Below, one piece after another: positions 32,060-64,000 of a stretch of 64,000 nt of DNA. The notes beneath the pieces are model-generated. The model was given only the letters and a program-made list of their open reading frames with translations, was not told the origin of the DNA and did not search any database. The DNA comes from Macrostomum lignano (lineage: Eukaryota): positions 434,001 through 498,000 of the forward strand of contig NIVC01000291.1 of the NCBI GenBank assembly GCA_002269645.1, given 5' to 3'. The position numbers were made by a program, and so were the translations under genes. Within the stretch, counting starts at the first letter, position 1. The number at the start of each line of letters is the position of its first letter.

Positions 32060-35000
32060 GTGAGAATTTATATTTTGCTTGTTGCAAATTGCCATTCCAG
32101 TCATAAATCATGTGCCACTGTGCCATGACATATTAGTTTATATTGTTGGTCCAATGGTGAACAACTTAGTAACATGCGACGTAGAAAAATTTACATGTAA
32201 AATAAATAACGTTTGGTAATAACTATGACTGTGGGTCAGCTACTTAGTACTACTACTTGGGGTGGGCATAGGTTGGCCGTCGGTCGGCCGGATCGGCCGA
32301 CTCGGTGTTGCGCATGTAGGGTCTGGTGGAACACCACTGGGCTCTAGTCTAGGCTAGTAGGCTGACGCTGACCCCCTTGAAAAAATTAGGGGGTCCGACC
32401 GTCCGGGGTCAGGACTCAGGACCCTCCCCGCCCCACTTTCCGAGAAACAGAATTTTTCGTTTGCCCTTTCGTAGTTATCTTGTCATTGATTCTTAAAAAA
32501 TAGCTCAATCTCTGAGCAGGAACTTTTCAAATTGAAAATGCCTTTAAAAGATTTTCAGTTTCAGTTGAAATAAGCTTTTAAGCTGTCATAAGATGAAATG
32601 CTTTGATCTTAGCTGTTCGTATGCGAAAACTTCTTATGCATCGATTTGTAAGGTGCGACTGACGCTCATCATCAATCATTGGCAGTCATTTCCTCCCATG
32701 GGCTGTACTGTACCCTATTGTGGGCAATGCTAGTATGACATGATGAGTCATTCATATTCATACTGCATAACTGCATACTGCATAATGCATACATACTGAT
32801 CTGGGAGCGAGCCTCAGGCGGCAAAGGGGAATCGACGCTTCCTTATTTTAAAGCCCACTTTGCAGCAAAACTCGGTTTAGCTTAGATGGGTGGGTCGCTT
32901 TCACAAAGCAAGAAATTTCACATGCTCGAAAACAGTAAAATTCATTAGCTCGAAACTTCATTAACTCATTCCGAAAGTTTTTGAGCTTATTTTTTGGCTT
33001 TGGTTGCTCTGTTTATAAATTTATTTCACTTATCTTTTAACAAATGCAGTATCGGTTAGCAAAATTCGCGGTCTTTTGAATGAATTAAATTCTATATTCT
33101 AATTTAAAAACCTATAATTATCAGCTGTGAAAATAAAAAAATCTACAAGTTTTTAAACTTGGCAGTTCAGCAGCTGGTAGCCTGGTGCAGCTGGGCCGTG
33201 GGCTGGGAGATGTTGCCGCATTCAGCTACTCGCACAGCCCAGAAATGTCCCCATGCGATTATCTTTTATTTCTATCGGTCAACCAAAAGTTTCCCAAACC
33301 AAAGAAGACGTGCTGAAAAAGGATCATGAGATTTTTTGTTAAAAGATGCAAGTCTGTTACTTGTTGATGCTGGGACTGACTATTTAGTTGAGTAAATATT
33401 ATTATATGCTTTTAGATGCCTTTGGCTCTGAGTCTCTGACTATATAATTTGTAAAAAAAGCGCAAGAACTATCTTACTTGCAGTTTGTGTAGTTTTACGT
33501 TAGGAATAGGAAAGGAAAAATACTAGTAGTCTAGTAGTCATTTTATTATGTACTCTAACAAAGACACAAATAACAGTCTACTGGTTCACAAGACTTAGCT
33601 TTAGTCCAAACGAGTCAGACAGACAGTAAAGGCCAAGGCAAGCTTAAGGGCCCTATTATTATTTGCTGAACTTGGACTATACAACTAAACCCCCCCCCCC
33701 GGGGCCCGCCCTGCCCTCCTCTCAAGGCGCGTGCACAATTGTACAGACAGACCGATCGATAATTCCTGGACCCCCTCGCTTCGACCCACAACCATTTCTA
33801 TTATTGAACTTAGCATTATATCGGCGCCGTGGTTTGAGAGGGTGACAGGGGTCGTTAATTTTCTATAATATTTGAAGAACATTTCTTTCGTCGCCTATAC
33901 GGCGTATGTAGCTCGTAAAATTTATAATAAAAGTACAAGATGCGGTGATGGGGGAGTAAGTCTAATAATTATGTTAAAGAATTTTATGGTTTAAGGAATG
34001 TTAGTTTCAGCTTAAATATAATCAAGCAATCTTAGTCTTCGTCTTTTGTGGTTTGTGTTTTGCTGAGCAGTGAGCATGAGCACTGGCCATTAAGCTGTCT
34101 AACAGCCTATTGTTTTCGTGTGACTAGTTGGCAATGGCAGTCGATTTCCAGCGCTATATGTAATCCAAGCGTAAGGCAGCCGGTAGCCTTATTCCCCGGC
34201 TTTTCTTAATCCGATCATCGAAACTTATCTGCTGGTGAAAATGAAAAATAAGGTCCCAAATCCGAAGCACCGTCTCCCTGTTTGGCATGCTGCCAAATCG
34301 CTGAAGCTGAACTAAAATCGCTGCACTATTAGGCGTAAGACGAGGTTCTAAAAGACGAGCCTCGTGGTGGGCCAAGACTCAAGAGTCAGTCCACTAACCG
34401 GCAAGCTCGGGACTCAGGACTCAAAACTCGTGTGCATGCGTGCGTGGAAATGGCAAAGCCAAGCTGCGGGATACTAGTTGATATATTCTGACTTCTATTA
34501 TTCCTAACACGGCTGCTCATGATTTATGACTAGTGATTGCGACTTGCGAGCTTGAGCTTAAGTCGCTGACCGCCTGCTGTCTGCCAGCCCTGCTTAATTA
34601 AATAACCTCCCGAGTCTTAACTCACAGACTCACAACATAGTCACATTTAGATCCGAGTTTAGACAGGAATCTGGGGATTTTATTCGGGAATCTATTAGCT
34701 CAGACTTGCTCCGCAAGGTGCACACTCGAAATCTCAGGCTGGGGTCCGGCCAGCTGTCTGGGCCACTTGCCTGTAACTGCTGTTATCTTATCAGTTCTAC
34801 CGGACCAGGGTTCCAGTTCGAGCCCGATTCGAGACATGGCTAGCAGTGGGACTTCCCAACCTTGCCCAGGGAAGGAGGGGGATTAACAAATTCAAATCGG
34901 CGCCAACACTTCTCCCTGGAAAGAAGCTTTTTGCTTCATGGGTTTTTTCTTTAAATTTTTGTCGGGCTACAGCCCAGCCAGCCAATTCTCATGAGTTTGG

Positions 35001-35419
35001 CAGCAGATTTGCCATGGCTCTGATTTATTGCTCCTGTCCTGCCTACGGCTCGGCCTGGACCTGCCTGAGCTTATCTCCCAACTGCCCGATTAGCTACCGG
35101 CTAACCGCCTTAATTACTTAATGCGCTGCAGATTGCGGGGTCGGGCCCGGGGCTGCCAATCTTCCCGATGCCCACTCGAGTCTCGGTGACGGTCTCTGAC
35201 TTGGCGTTTTGAAATCGTTTTATTGCTTCAAAAATTTCGAGGGTATTTCAGCAAAGTATAAATTTATTTAAAGTTCCACTTTATGAATTGGTGCTGGGTG
35301 TCCGCTTGATCTGAATGACTTTAGTTCCGGTTTGAGGCGAGTTTCAACTATAGGGAGCTCTGCTATCTGCGAATTGAGAATTTTAATATCTTCAACAATC
35401 TTGGATTAGGATCGGGTTG

Positions 35420-36075
35420 CCATCACAAACCCGAAATATCACAGACCCGAAATATCAGAAACCCGAAATATCACAGACCCGAAATATCAGAACCCCGAAA
35501 TATCAGAAACCCGAAATATCACAGACCCGAAATATCAGAAACCCGAAATATCACAGACCCGAAATATCAGAAACCCGAAATATCACAGACCCGAAATATC
35601 AGAAACCCGAAATATCACAGACCCGAAATATCACAGACCCGAAATATCACAAACCCGAAATATCAGAAACCCGAAATATCACAGACCCGAAATATCACAA
35701 AACCGAAATATCAGAAACCCGAAATATCAGAAACCCGAAATATCACAAACCCGAAATATCACAAACCCGAAATATCCGAAACCCGAAATATCAGAACCCC
35801 GAAATATCAGAAACCCGAAATATCACAGACCCGAAATATCAGAAACCCGAAATATCACAGACCCGAAATATCAGAAACCCGAAATATCACAGACCCGAAA
35901 TATCAGAAACCCGAAATATCACAGACCCGAAATATCACAGACCCGAAATATCACAAACCCGAAATATCAGAAACCCGAAATATCACAGACCCGAAATATC
36001 ACAAACCGAAATATCAGAAACCCGAAATATCACAACCCGAAATATCACAAACCCGAAATATCACAAACCCGAAAT
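35420..36075. repeat. 16-bp minisatellite (ACCCGAAATATCACAG/AGAA)
   Basis: Period of 16 measured; inverted partial copies at 36125-36180. Confidence 0.95.
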
Positions 36076-37404
36076 CATAACTCTGAAAACCAAAATATGG
36101 CGTTGTGCGTTTCTATAGCATTTTCCGAGTTATGATATTTCGCATTTATGATGGAATGCGTTTTTTGGAGTTGTGATTCCCCCCCCCTCCCTATGATCTT
36201 GTTTTTTGACTCAGAAAATGAGTTAAACAAAACTCAGACAAAGGAATGATTATTAAGTTTCATATTGCTAACAAGAAAATGTTTCATATGCTAATACAAA
36301 GTGTACGCTAGTGTATACAGCGTCCTCTCTTCATCAAATCATCTGTTTGTCCCTAGCGAAGGGAGATTTGCCGCCCTGCAGCTGTTTTGATTGATGACCC
36401 GCCCTTCTGTGTACAAGCGAACGTATCTGTCTAGGATATGCTGAGCTATATTTTATTCTGTCTTGGTTCCCATCCGAACAAAGACCTCGGGTGCATGCTA
36501 GAACTTAGAAGTTGGGGAAGAATAGCAAGGCGGGGGGGGGGCACGGAGTGCCGCAATGCGTGTGCAAGGAGTGCGCACTCATGAGCCTCGGCCCTCGAAA
36601 CCTCGGACTTGGTTTCTGAGGTCTGATGAAGAAGTGTGGCTTAGAGTGGCACCCCTGCAAGCTTCGAGTTTGGGCATAAAGAATTATGACGCATGTTCAG
36701 CTATTCAGTTGATTTGCTGGCCAAAAGTGATTTTTCTGGATCCTCTGACGCCTTATCTGTTAGCGAGCGTGTTAATCTGGGACATTATGCTAGACTTGCG
36801 AGAGAGGAAATCTCGGGATGGTGAGAGAGTCAGCAAAAAGGTGAGAAGTAGAGTCAGAGAGGGAGAGTCAGAGTCAGTGTGTCGCGAGATTGAGAGTCAG
36901 AGAAGAAGAGGATGGGATGCTGATGCTGAGAGCCATGGAATGGAAGGCATGAGAGGCTGCGAGTCAGAGGAGCCGGGTGATTTGATGAGGCTTGCTGGTT
37001 AGGCAACAGGCAGACTCGCTACATTGAATATCAATGAGGCCTGTCCTGAGCCAGCTCGCCCGACTGTTTACTTTAGCGGATTAATTGAATGCAGGGCTGC
37101 TGCGCTATCAGTGTACCGGGTCGGGCTTGTATCCATGTGTCTTCGCCAAGCAGCTTGAGAGAGAGGGAATGCTAACGTGAGAAACTGTGCGATGAATAGG
37201 GCTCGACTCCGTTCTGTATTTCAGCTGCAACTGCAACTGTTATTTCGGTTCCCAGACAGGGCCCCAGCCTGAGGGCTTGCAACTACATTATTGAAGTTTT
37301 GGCTGCCCGAACTGCAGAACTTCCACACTGTCTGGCAGTGGTTGTCAGATAGGAGATTGCATGCCTTCCTCACGAGATTTGCCCCTTCCACCGAGGTTCC
37401 GGTT

Positions 37405-37690
37405 CACCCATGAGATTTGCTCTCCGCCCGAGATTTACCCATGAGATTTGCTCTCCGCTCCAGATTCACCCATGAGATTTGCTCTCCGCTCCGGATTCAC
37501 CCATGAGATTTGCTCTCCGCCCCAGATTCACCCATGAGATTTGCTCTCCGCTCCAGATTCACCCATGAGATTTGCTCTCCGCCCCAGATTCACCCATGAG
37601 ATTTGCTCTCCGCTCCAGATTCACCCATGAGATTTGCTCTCCGCCCCAGATTCACCCATGAGATTTGCTCTCCGCCCCAGATTCACCCCT
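37405..37690. repeat. 31-bp minisatellite (CACCCATGAGATTTGCTCTCCGCCCCAGATT) x~9
   Basis: Period of 31 measured. Confidence 0.94.
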
Positions 37691-38369
37691 TTCTGATCCT
37701 CAGTGCTCAAAGGCCACAGTATCGAGGCAGCGAATACCGGTCCTTTCGCACTCCTTGGCCCGGGTTCTGCTTGTGTGAGCCGGGGCAAGGGAGTTTCTCT
37801 TTCCGCTCTCTGTCTCCCTCTCCCATGGGAGCCCATTGATCATCGGGCATCGGTCAGAATGAGATCAAGCACGCTGTGCTATCAGGGCTGCGCATGCATT
37901 TACAGTTTGTTTAACCCTAATTTGCTTTCCCTTGCTTCTGCCTGGCCTGCGAGTATCTATGTGGCCTGATCTCCAACCGACCCTGCGTATGCGGCGACCA
38001 GTGGGATCCAGCATAGACCCGGGGTGTCCGCCTGACGTCTGTGCGCCTGTCAACCGGTGTCCGGAGTCGATTGCTCATAAATCATTCCTTGCCGACTGTC
38101 GCCCCTTCAGCCTATGAGTGCTGTAGGCTGTGGGCTGAGAACTGTGCTCAAATTATGCTCACTTTAGATTACTTCTGTCTGTCGGCTATGCGGACCTTCC
38201 GAGGGCTCGATTTATCTTGCCTGCGGCATCAACTCGGATTTGTCTGGAGCTGCCACACATTTCTCGACTTGCTTGGCTGCTCTGGCAGCTTTACTTTGTT
38301 GGATGCACTCCCATGGCCGCCTCAGGGGCTTCTGCTAAGTTTGACGACCCATCTAGCCCCTCGATCTTA

Positions 38370-39845
38370 TCTTCCCGCATCTCAACCTTTATCTCCTCTC
38401 ATTTTCCTGCATCTCACCCTTTATCTCCTCTCATATTATCTTCCCGCATGTCACACTTTGTCTCATCTCTCATCTTCCCGCATCTCACCCTTTATCTCCT
38501 CTCATCTTCCTGCATCTCACCCTTTATCTCCTCTCATATTATCTTCCCGCATGTCACACTTTGTCTCATCTCTCATCTTCCCGCATCTCACCCTTTATCT
38601 CCTCTCATCTTCCCGCATGTCACCCTTTATCTCATCCCTAATCTTCCCGCATCTCACCCTTTATCTCCTCTCATATTATCTTCCCGCATGTCACCCTTTG
38701 TCTCATCTCTCATCTTCCCGCATCTCACCCTTTATCTCATCCCTCATCTTCCCGCATCTCACCCTTTATCTCCTCTCATATTATCTTCCCGCATGTCACC
38801 CTTTGTCTCATCTCTCATCTTCCCGCATCTCACCCTTTATCTCATCCCTAATCTTCCCGCATCTCACCCTTTATCTCCTCTCTCATCTTCCCGCATCTCA
38901 CCCTTTATCTCATCCCTAATCTTACCGCATCTCACCCTTTATCTCATCCCTCATCTTCTCGCATGTCACCCTTTGTCTCATCTCTCATCTTCCCGCATCT
39001 CACCCTTTATCTCCTCTCTCATCTTCCCGCATCTCACCCTTTATCTCCTCTCTCATCTTCCAGCATTTCATCCTTTATCTCTTTCTCATCTTCCCGCATC
39101 TCATACTTTATCTCCTCTCTCATCTTCCCGCATCTCATCCTTTATCTCCTCTCATCTCCCCGCATCTCACCCTTTATCTCTTTTCTCATATTCTCGCATC
39201 TCACTCTATCTCATCTCTCATCTCCCCACATCTCACCCTTTATCTCTTTTCTCATATTCTCGTATCTCACTCTATCTCATCTCTCATCTCCCCGCATCTC
39301 ACCCTTTATCTCTTCTCTCATATTCTCGCATATCATCCTTTATCTCTTCTCTCATCTTCCCGCATCTCATCCTTTATCTCTTCTCTTATCTTCCCGCATC
39401 TCATCCTTTATCTCATCTCTCATATTCCCGCATCTCACCATTTATCTCCTCTCATCTTCCCGCATCTCACCCTTTATCTCATCTCTCATCTTCACGCATC
39501 TCACCCTTCATCTCATCCCTAATCTTCCCGCATCTCATCCTTTATCTCCTCTCTCATCTTCCCGCATCTCATCCTTTATCTCCTCTCTCATCCCGCATCT
39601 CACCCTCTATCTCCTCTCTCATCTTCCCGCATTTCACCCTTTATCTCCTCTCTCATCTTCCCGCATCTCACCCTTTATCTCCTCTCTCATCTTCCCGCAT
39701 TTCAACCTATATCTCATCCTAATCTTTCCGCATCTCACTCTGTATCTCCTCTCTCATCTTCCCGCATCTCACTCTTTATCTCCTCTCTCATCTTCCCGCA
39801 TCTCATCCTTTATCTCTTCTCTCATCTTCCCGCATCTCACTCTTT
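38370..39845. repeat. Degenerate pyrimidine-rich repeat (TCTCATCTTCCCGCATCTCACCCTTTATCTCC)
   Basis: Directly visible; source of the Ser/His/Leu/Pro-rich spurious ORFs. Confidence 0.92.
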
Positions 39846-40742
39846 TAACATCTTTCATTCATCTCCCTCGCCAGCTCGTAAATCCCCCAGCCAGAATCAG
39901 AATGGCGATTACCTGCCCTTCCTGCTGCTGTTAAGTCGCGTATAAAATTTTCCCAAGGTCCGGTGTGCCAAAGCTGGCAAATTCCAGCTGGGCTGTCCAA
40001 CGCTGGAAAGCAGCTTCTCCGAGAGTCCTGGCGCAACGCGAGCTCCTGGCCGCTTGTCGGGGAGGGGGGGGGTATCTGCCTGCCCGTGTCTGCTGTCTGC
40101 CTGTCTGTCCGCCTGCCAAAGCTGATTGCCAGCATGCAGCTGGTGCCGGGCCGTCAAAGTCTGTCGGAGGGAGATGGAGTGCCGCAACGCTTTGCACAGT
40201 TTTTGGCTGGAACCCCCAGGCTGTCTGGACTCGGGCTTTCTCTTCTGTATTCGAATTAGAAACCAGCTTTTTCCTGCCATCAGCGAAAGTTCTGTTTGTT
40301 GGGCAAGAAGGGAAGTTCGAGACTGATGGCCGAGAGGCAGCTCGGACTTTTAACTGTTGCAGACTGGACATTATGGAAGCTTAGCTGTTGTTTTTAACCG
40401 AAAACTAATCAGCATTGGACCTTATATTTACGAGTACTTTGCTCCTCCATAGAAGAAACGCGATGACTTTCTGTCTGTGCTACTTTTCCTTGGTCAGTAG
40501 TATCACTCGGGCGATTTCGATATCTGAACTGAAGGCAAATAGCTCTGCAATTGCTGCGCTTTGATAAAGCACGAATTAAGATTAATAGAAGCTTTTGGTA
40601 TTGGTTTTATTCTCACTCTTGCACCTGAGAGCATGTAGTGTATCTAGGGCAAGCGTGAAGTGACGTGCGAATACCACCAAGACTTAGACAAGTTTGAGGT
40701 GGACTTTTTGATTACTTTTCGGCGAGTTTGAGCGAGGGTGGA

Positions 40743-41812
40743 TCATAGGCCAGTTTGAGACTAGGTCATAGGCCAGTTTGAGACTAGGTCATAGGCCAGT
40801 TTGAGACTAGGTCATAGGCCAGTTTGAGACTAGGTCATAGGCCAGTTTGAGACTAGGTCATAGGCCAGTTTGAGACTAGGTCATAGGCCAGTTTGAGACT
40901 AGGTCATAGGCCAGTTTGAGACTAGGTCATAGGCCAGTTTGAGACTAGGTCATAGGCCAGTTTGAGACTAGGTCATAGGCCAGTTTGAGACTAGGTCATA
41001 GGCCAGTTTGAGACTAGGCCAGTCTGAGACTAGGTCATAGGCCAGTCTGAGACTAGGTCATAGGCCAGTTTGAGACTAGGTCATAGGCCAGTTTGAGACT
41101 AGGCCAGTCTGAGACTAGGTCATAGGCCAGTCTGAGACTAGGTCATAGGCCAGTTTGAGACTAGGTCATAGGCCAGTTTGAGACTAGGCCAGTCTGAGAC
41201 TAGGTCATAGGCCAGTCTGAGACTAGGTCATAGGCCAGTTTGAGACTAGGTCATAGGCCAGTTTGAGACTAGGCCAGTCTGAGACTAGGTCATAGGCCAG
41301 TCTGAGACTAGGTCATAGGCCAGTCTGAGACTAGGTCAAAGGCCAGTCTGAGACTAGGTCATAGGCCAGTCTGAGACTAGGTCATAGGCCAGTCTGAGAC
41401 TAGGTCATAGGCCAGTCTGAGACTAGGTCATAGGCCAGTCTGAGACTAGGTCAAAGGCCAGTCTGAGACTAGGTCAAAGGCCAGTCTGAGACTAGGTCAT
41501 AGGCCAGTCTGAGACTAGGTCATAGGCCAGTCTGAGACTAGGTCATAGGCCAGTCTGAGACTAGGTCAAAGGCCAGTCTGAGACTAGGTCATAGGCCAGT
41601 CTGAGACTAGGTCATAGGCCAGTCTGAGACTAGGTCAAAGGCCAGTCTGAGACTAGGTCAAAGGCCAGTCTGAGACTAGGTCATAGGCCAGTCTGAGACT
41701 AGGTCATAGGCCAGTCTGAGACTAGGTCATAGGCCAGTCTGAGACTAGGTCAAAGGCCAGTCTGAGACTAGATCATAGGCCAGTCTGAGACTAGGTCAAA
41801 GGCCAGTCTGAG
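40743..41812. repeat. 23-bp minisatellite (GAGACTAGGTCATAGGCCAGTTT/TCT), ~46 units with an internal 85-bp higher-order repeat
   Basis: Period of 23; a 16-bp truncated unit recurs at 41013, 41098, 41183 and 41268. Confidence 0.96.
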
Positions 41813-42628
41813 CCTCTGTGCCTCAGTGTTGTAACCTAGATGAATATTTGGAGAATTTTCCTTTCAAATAAAAATAAAATCATTGCTTAAACAATAAACT
41901 TTACTGCCAAATCAGCGCACCTGTCAGCACGTGTGCCAACTATCGAACTGAGGTTGAGAAATTTCAATTGTATTTCTCACCTGCTAACATTTGAGTTTAT
42001 AAAATACCTGGCGGAGAGAGAAGCTGCCTACTCAAATTCGGCAGTGCTCTCAGAAGTTGCCGCTATCTCACTGCTCAGCCCTGGTCACCTGGAATGCTTA
42101 TTAGCTGCCAGTTTTTACTGCGGTCTTCAACAAAAGCAGTCAGTTAAAAAAGGCTGGCAAACTTCAGCACTGCATTGGCTCCAGCATAATACTTACTGCC
42201 TCTCTCACGCTCTGCACCGCCCCCTGTCTCCCGCTATCTGACTCCCCCTCTGTGCCCCCCCCCTCGCTCCTGATTTTGATTTACGACTAGAAAGAAGGCG
42301 GTTCAATTCTGTGGGGCTTTTCTTTTCCGCGTTTCATTTTCGCGAGAGCGGGTGTCCATTGCTACTGGCACTGCTTTGGGGACTCCGGGCAGGGGGGGGG
42401 GTGCAGACTGAAGGGTTGGCGCTGGTTGGCTGGCCTGGCTGGGTTGGCAGTCCTTATTACTTATATATAGAGATATTTGCACATACTCTGTCAGCGCACT
42501 CTGCATATAACTGGAAATGCCTTGCAGAGCACCCCGCTTCCTCACAGCGCTCCAATAGCTTTTTCCTGTCCAGCTCCCCCATGCTCTAACTGGGGCCCCG
42601 CCGTCCCCATCTGCTCGCCGATTCCGAC

Positions 42629-60993
<18,365 letters not shown>

Positions 60994-61019
60994 ACTCTGT
61001 GTTTTGACTGCGATCTGTT

Positions 61020-61320
61020 GGCTGTAGTCTTTGTTTTCATCTGGAGGATTTGCTGGCAGCTGGGATCGGGTCTGTGGGCTGTAGTCTTTGTTTTCATCTG
61101 GAGGATTTGGTGGCAGCTGGGATCGGGTCTGTTGGCTGTAGTCTTTGTTTTCATCTGGAGGATTTGCTGGCAGCTGGGATCGGGTCTGTTGGCTGTAGTC
61201 TTTGTTTTCATCTGGAGGATTTGCTGGCAGCTGGGATCGGGTCTGTTGGCTGTAGTCTTTGTTTTCATCTGGAGGATTTGCTGGCAGCTGGGATCGGGTC
61301 TGTTGCCTGTAGTCTTTGTT
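61020..61320. repeat. 57-bp tandem repeat x5 just after the PTK7-like stop codon (3' UTR)
   Basis: Period of 57 (61021 versus 61078). Confidence 0.95.
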
Positions 61321-61979
61321 TTTGGCCGGGATTCGGTTATCCTTATCAGCAGAGCTACAACAAAATTCCACAAGAAACGCTCTATTCGCGGCCAACGGAG
61401 TTCGACAATCGCAGGCCGAAGATGATGACCGCTAAAGCACATTGGCCCAAGAGCACGCAAGCTGGCTGATTCGATGCATATTTTTGTACAAAACTTTCTG
61501 TAAAATTTCAACTTTATGCCCAACTTCTACTGTGCACTAAGTAGTAAGCAGAGCTTTTGTGCGCCAATTTTTGTCAGCCTAGTGACGAAAATTTTTAGTA
61601 TATCGGATATTGTTTGGATGGAGTTTTGCCTTAGTGCTATTTTTTTCTTTTACCTGATGAGCTTATTCAATTATTTATTGTGCAGAATCCGCGCCATCAC
61701 ATTATTCACACCATCTGTCTGACTTGCTGTCATGTACTTTCTTCGATCGGATCAGTGCTTTGTATGTCGGTGCTTTGATCTCTGAGCTTTTTTGCCTTGA
61801 ATTTTTTTGCAGCCAGGCTAAACAATTTAGCTGCTTGATTGCTAATTTGCTGTCACAGATGAGAGTTATCCGCCAAATCACTTTGAGCTTAGTGGCTTTG
61901 TCAGAAACAGTACTTGATTTCAGTGACTGAGATAGGGCATTCTTGCGTTTGTAAACATGTAGCTGCCCTCAGTGATCAA

Positions 61980-62602
61980 ATGAACCCCTACCCCCACTGT
62001 ACACTCCCGATCAACTGAACCCCTACCCCACTGTACACTCCCGATCAACTGAACCCCTACCCCCACTGTACACGCCCGATCAACTGAACCCCTACCCCCA
62101 CTGTACACTCCCGATCAACTGAACCCCTACCCCCACTGTACACTCCCGATCAACTGAACCCCTACCCCCACTGTACACGCCCGATCAACTGAACCCCTAC
62201 CCCCACTGTACACTCCCGATCAACTGAACCCCTACCCCCACTGTACACTCCCGATCAACTGAACCCCTACCCCCACTGTACACGCCCGATCAACTGAACT
62301 GAACCCCTACCCCCACTGTACACGCCCGATCAACTGAACCCCTACCCCCACTGTACACGCCCGATCAACTGAACCCCTACCCCCACTGTACACTCCCGAT
62401 CAACTGAACCCCTTACCCCCACTGTACACTCCCGATCAACTGAACCCCTACCCCCACTGTACACGCCCGATCAACTGAACTGAACCCCTACCCCCACTGT
62501 ACACGCCCGATCAACTGAACCCCTACCCCCACTGTACACTCCCGATCAACTGAACCCCTTACCCCCACTGTACACTCCCGATCAACTGAACCCCTACCCC
62601 TA
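61980..62602. repeat. 35-bp minisatellite (ACTGAACCCCTACCCCCACTGTACACTCCCGATCA)
   Basis: Period of 35 measured. Confidence 0.96.
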
Positions 62603-64000
62603 ATGTTCACTCCCTACACCTACTGCACCCTTCTCTCAAAAGCATCACAGTTTGCCGTACTGAATCAGCACTTTCTTCTGCCACTGCCATGGTTCTCTAG
62701 AGTAGCGAGTGCCTCAATACGATTATTCGATTTGATCTCCCTATTTCCATCTGTTATGTTGTTAGCTTTTTCTAAACAAATCATTTTTAAAGCTTTCCAT
62801 TTGCTTCAGTGTTGCTTTTAGTCTAGTGCATTGAGGTACTTATTAATAACTTGGTCTAGTCTAACAGACCGGCTGCAGGTGGCTTCCGTAGTGGCCGAAG
62901 CGATCAATCTAACATTATTTTGTCTTACTAGTCCTGTATTTCGAATACATGAAACTTTCATTCGAGCTACTGACTGATGCGTGTAAGCCTGGCGCAGTAC
63001 TAATTACACTTAGATGTTATTCCTTAAATAACTTTAACCCTAACTGCAACCCCACCCGGATTCGAGCTTCTTGCTTTGCAAGTCAATACGGCAGTCTCTG
63101 CTCAAATATACATACGTGTAAGCATATAACTTACTGCATGCATGCATATGAAAACTAAACGTTTGAGCTTTTCAATGATTTGCTTTTTTTCGGTGTGTGT
63201 GTATGGCAGGTTCAGTTCAATTATTGCTGTACATTTAGTTGCATGCAGATGTAATGCATATTTGCTTTCAGATAGCTCGCGCCTCTGCCTGTTCGTTCAC
63301 GTGTGAAACTTCCTGACACGCAACGCAACTGCGTCGACACATGGCAGCGCAGATGGAAATAGTAAAATCATGTTTACATCTGTAGATTAAAAGAAATTCA
63401 TTCGAAATACCTTTCACTTGAGTTTTATACACAATTTCATGCTAAATTGTTCATCTAAACTACATGTAAGTGTACAATGCACATGGTACATGTGTCTGCA
63501 TGTTTTGCAGTCTATTTGAATACATGTAGAAAGAAAAGCATGCATTTCTAAAATAGTTTTAATTACCTGAATGCATCCATGTATAATTTGGAACACGGAG
63601 AAGGAACTCTTGGGATTCTCTGCCGAATTCAGGCTCGTGTACTGACCTCTCAATGCGGTCGCTCAATCTACTTTTATGCAGGACGCGAAGTCTCTGACGG
63701 GATCAGACGGGATCAGACAGCTCGAGCACTCAATGTTTTTAGCATTATGCATTACGGTTACAATTAATATAAGCAGTGTTATACTTACATGTGCAGATAC
63801 AACTTGGAGGGTATTGGTATGCGACGCTAACATCCCACCGCGATAAGCATAACGAAAAAGGGGCCCGCCTATTTCTATCGCTGAAATGAGACTTTTGTTC
63901 AATAGGAAGCTTTTGTGTGCGCATACAGTACCTATGCATAGACAATTTCTGATGCAACTCCAGTTGCATCATACGGGTTTATTGCATTTCTGATGCAACT

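Noticed and set aside
38041-39934. Long His/Ser/Leu/Pro ORFs
   Set aside because: Translations of a degenerate polypyrimidine repeat.

Overview
Eukaryotic (metazoan) genomic DNA. GC3-rich exons are separated by introns that mostly consist of minisatellites. This style suggests a free-living flatworm such as Macrostomum, which is an inference and was not verified. Four host genes can be assembled by hand: (1) the 3' part of a strawberry-notch (SBNO)-like helicase gene ending in PIP-box-like motifs and a C2HC zinc finger (+, 1-4142); (2) a complete 8-exon nicotinic acetylcholine receptor alpha subunit of 535 aa, with a GC-AG intron splitting M4 (+, 8126-16018); (3) a two-exon secreted protein built from two ~200-aa internal repeats, of a family I do not recognise (-, 17533-19056); (4) a 14-exon PTK7/off-track-like receptor pseudokinase with 7 Ig domains, ~1302 aa (+, 42629-60993). 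The most unusual structure is an 8.0-kb composite Ty3/Gypsy (Mag-like) element at 20412-28429, with ~99% identical LTRs and a GGAAG target-site duplication. Its RT 3' half and RNase H are replaced by a cassette made of a rearranged second Gypsy element and a Crypton-type tyrosine recombinase. The second element's Gag-protease is fused in frame to the recombinase N-terminus. The window also holds an RNase H-bearing LINE remnant, two tRNA/CORE-type SINEs, a MITE, an inverted copy of part of the nAChR gene and many tandem arrays. All assignments come from manual motif recognition; no searches were run.
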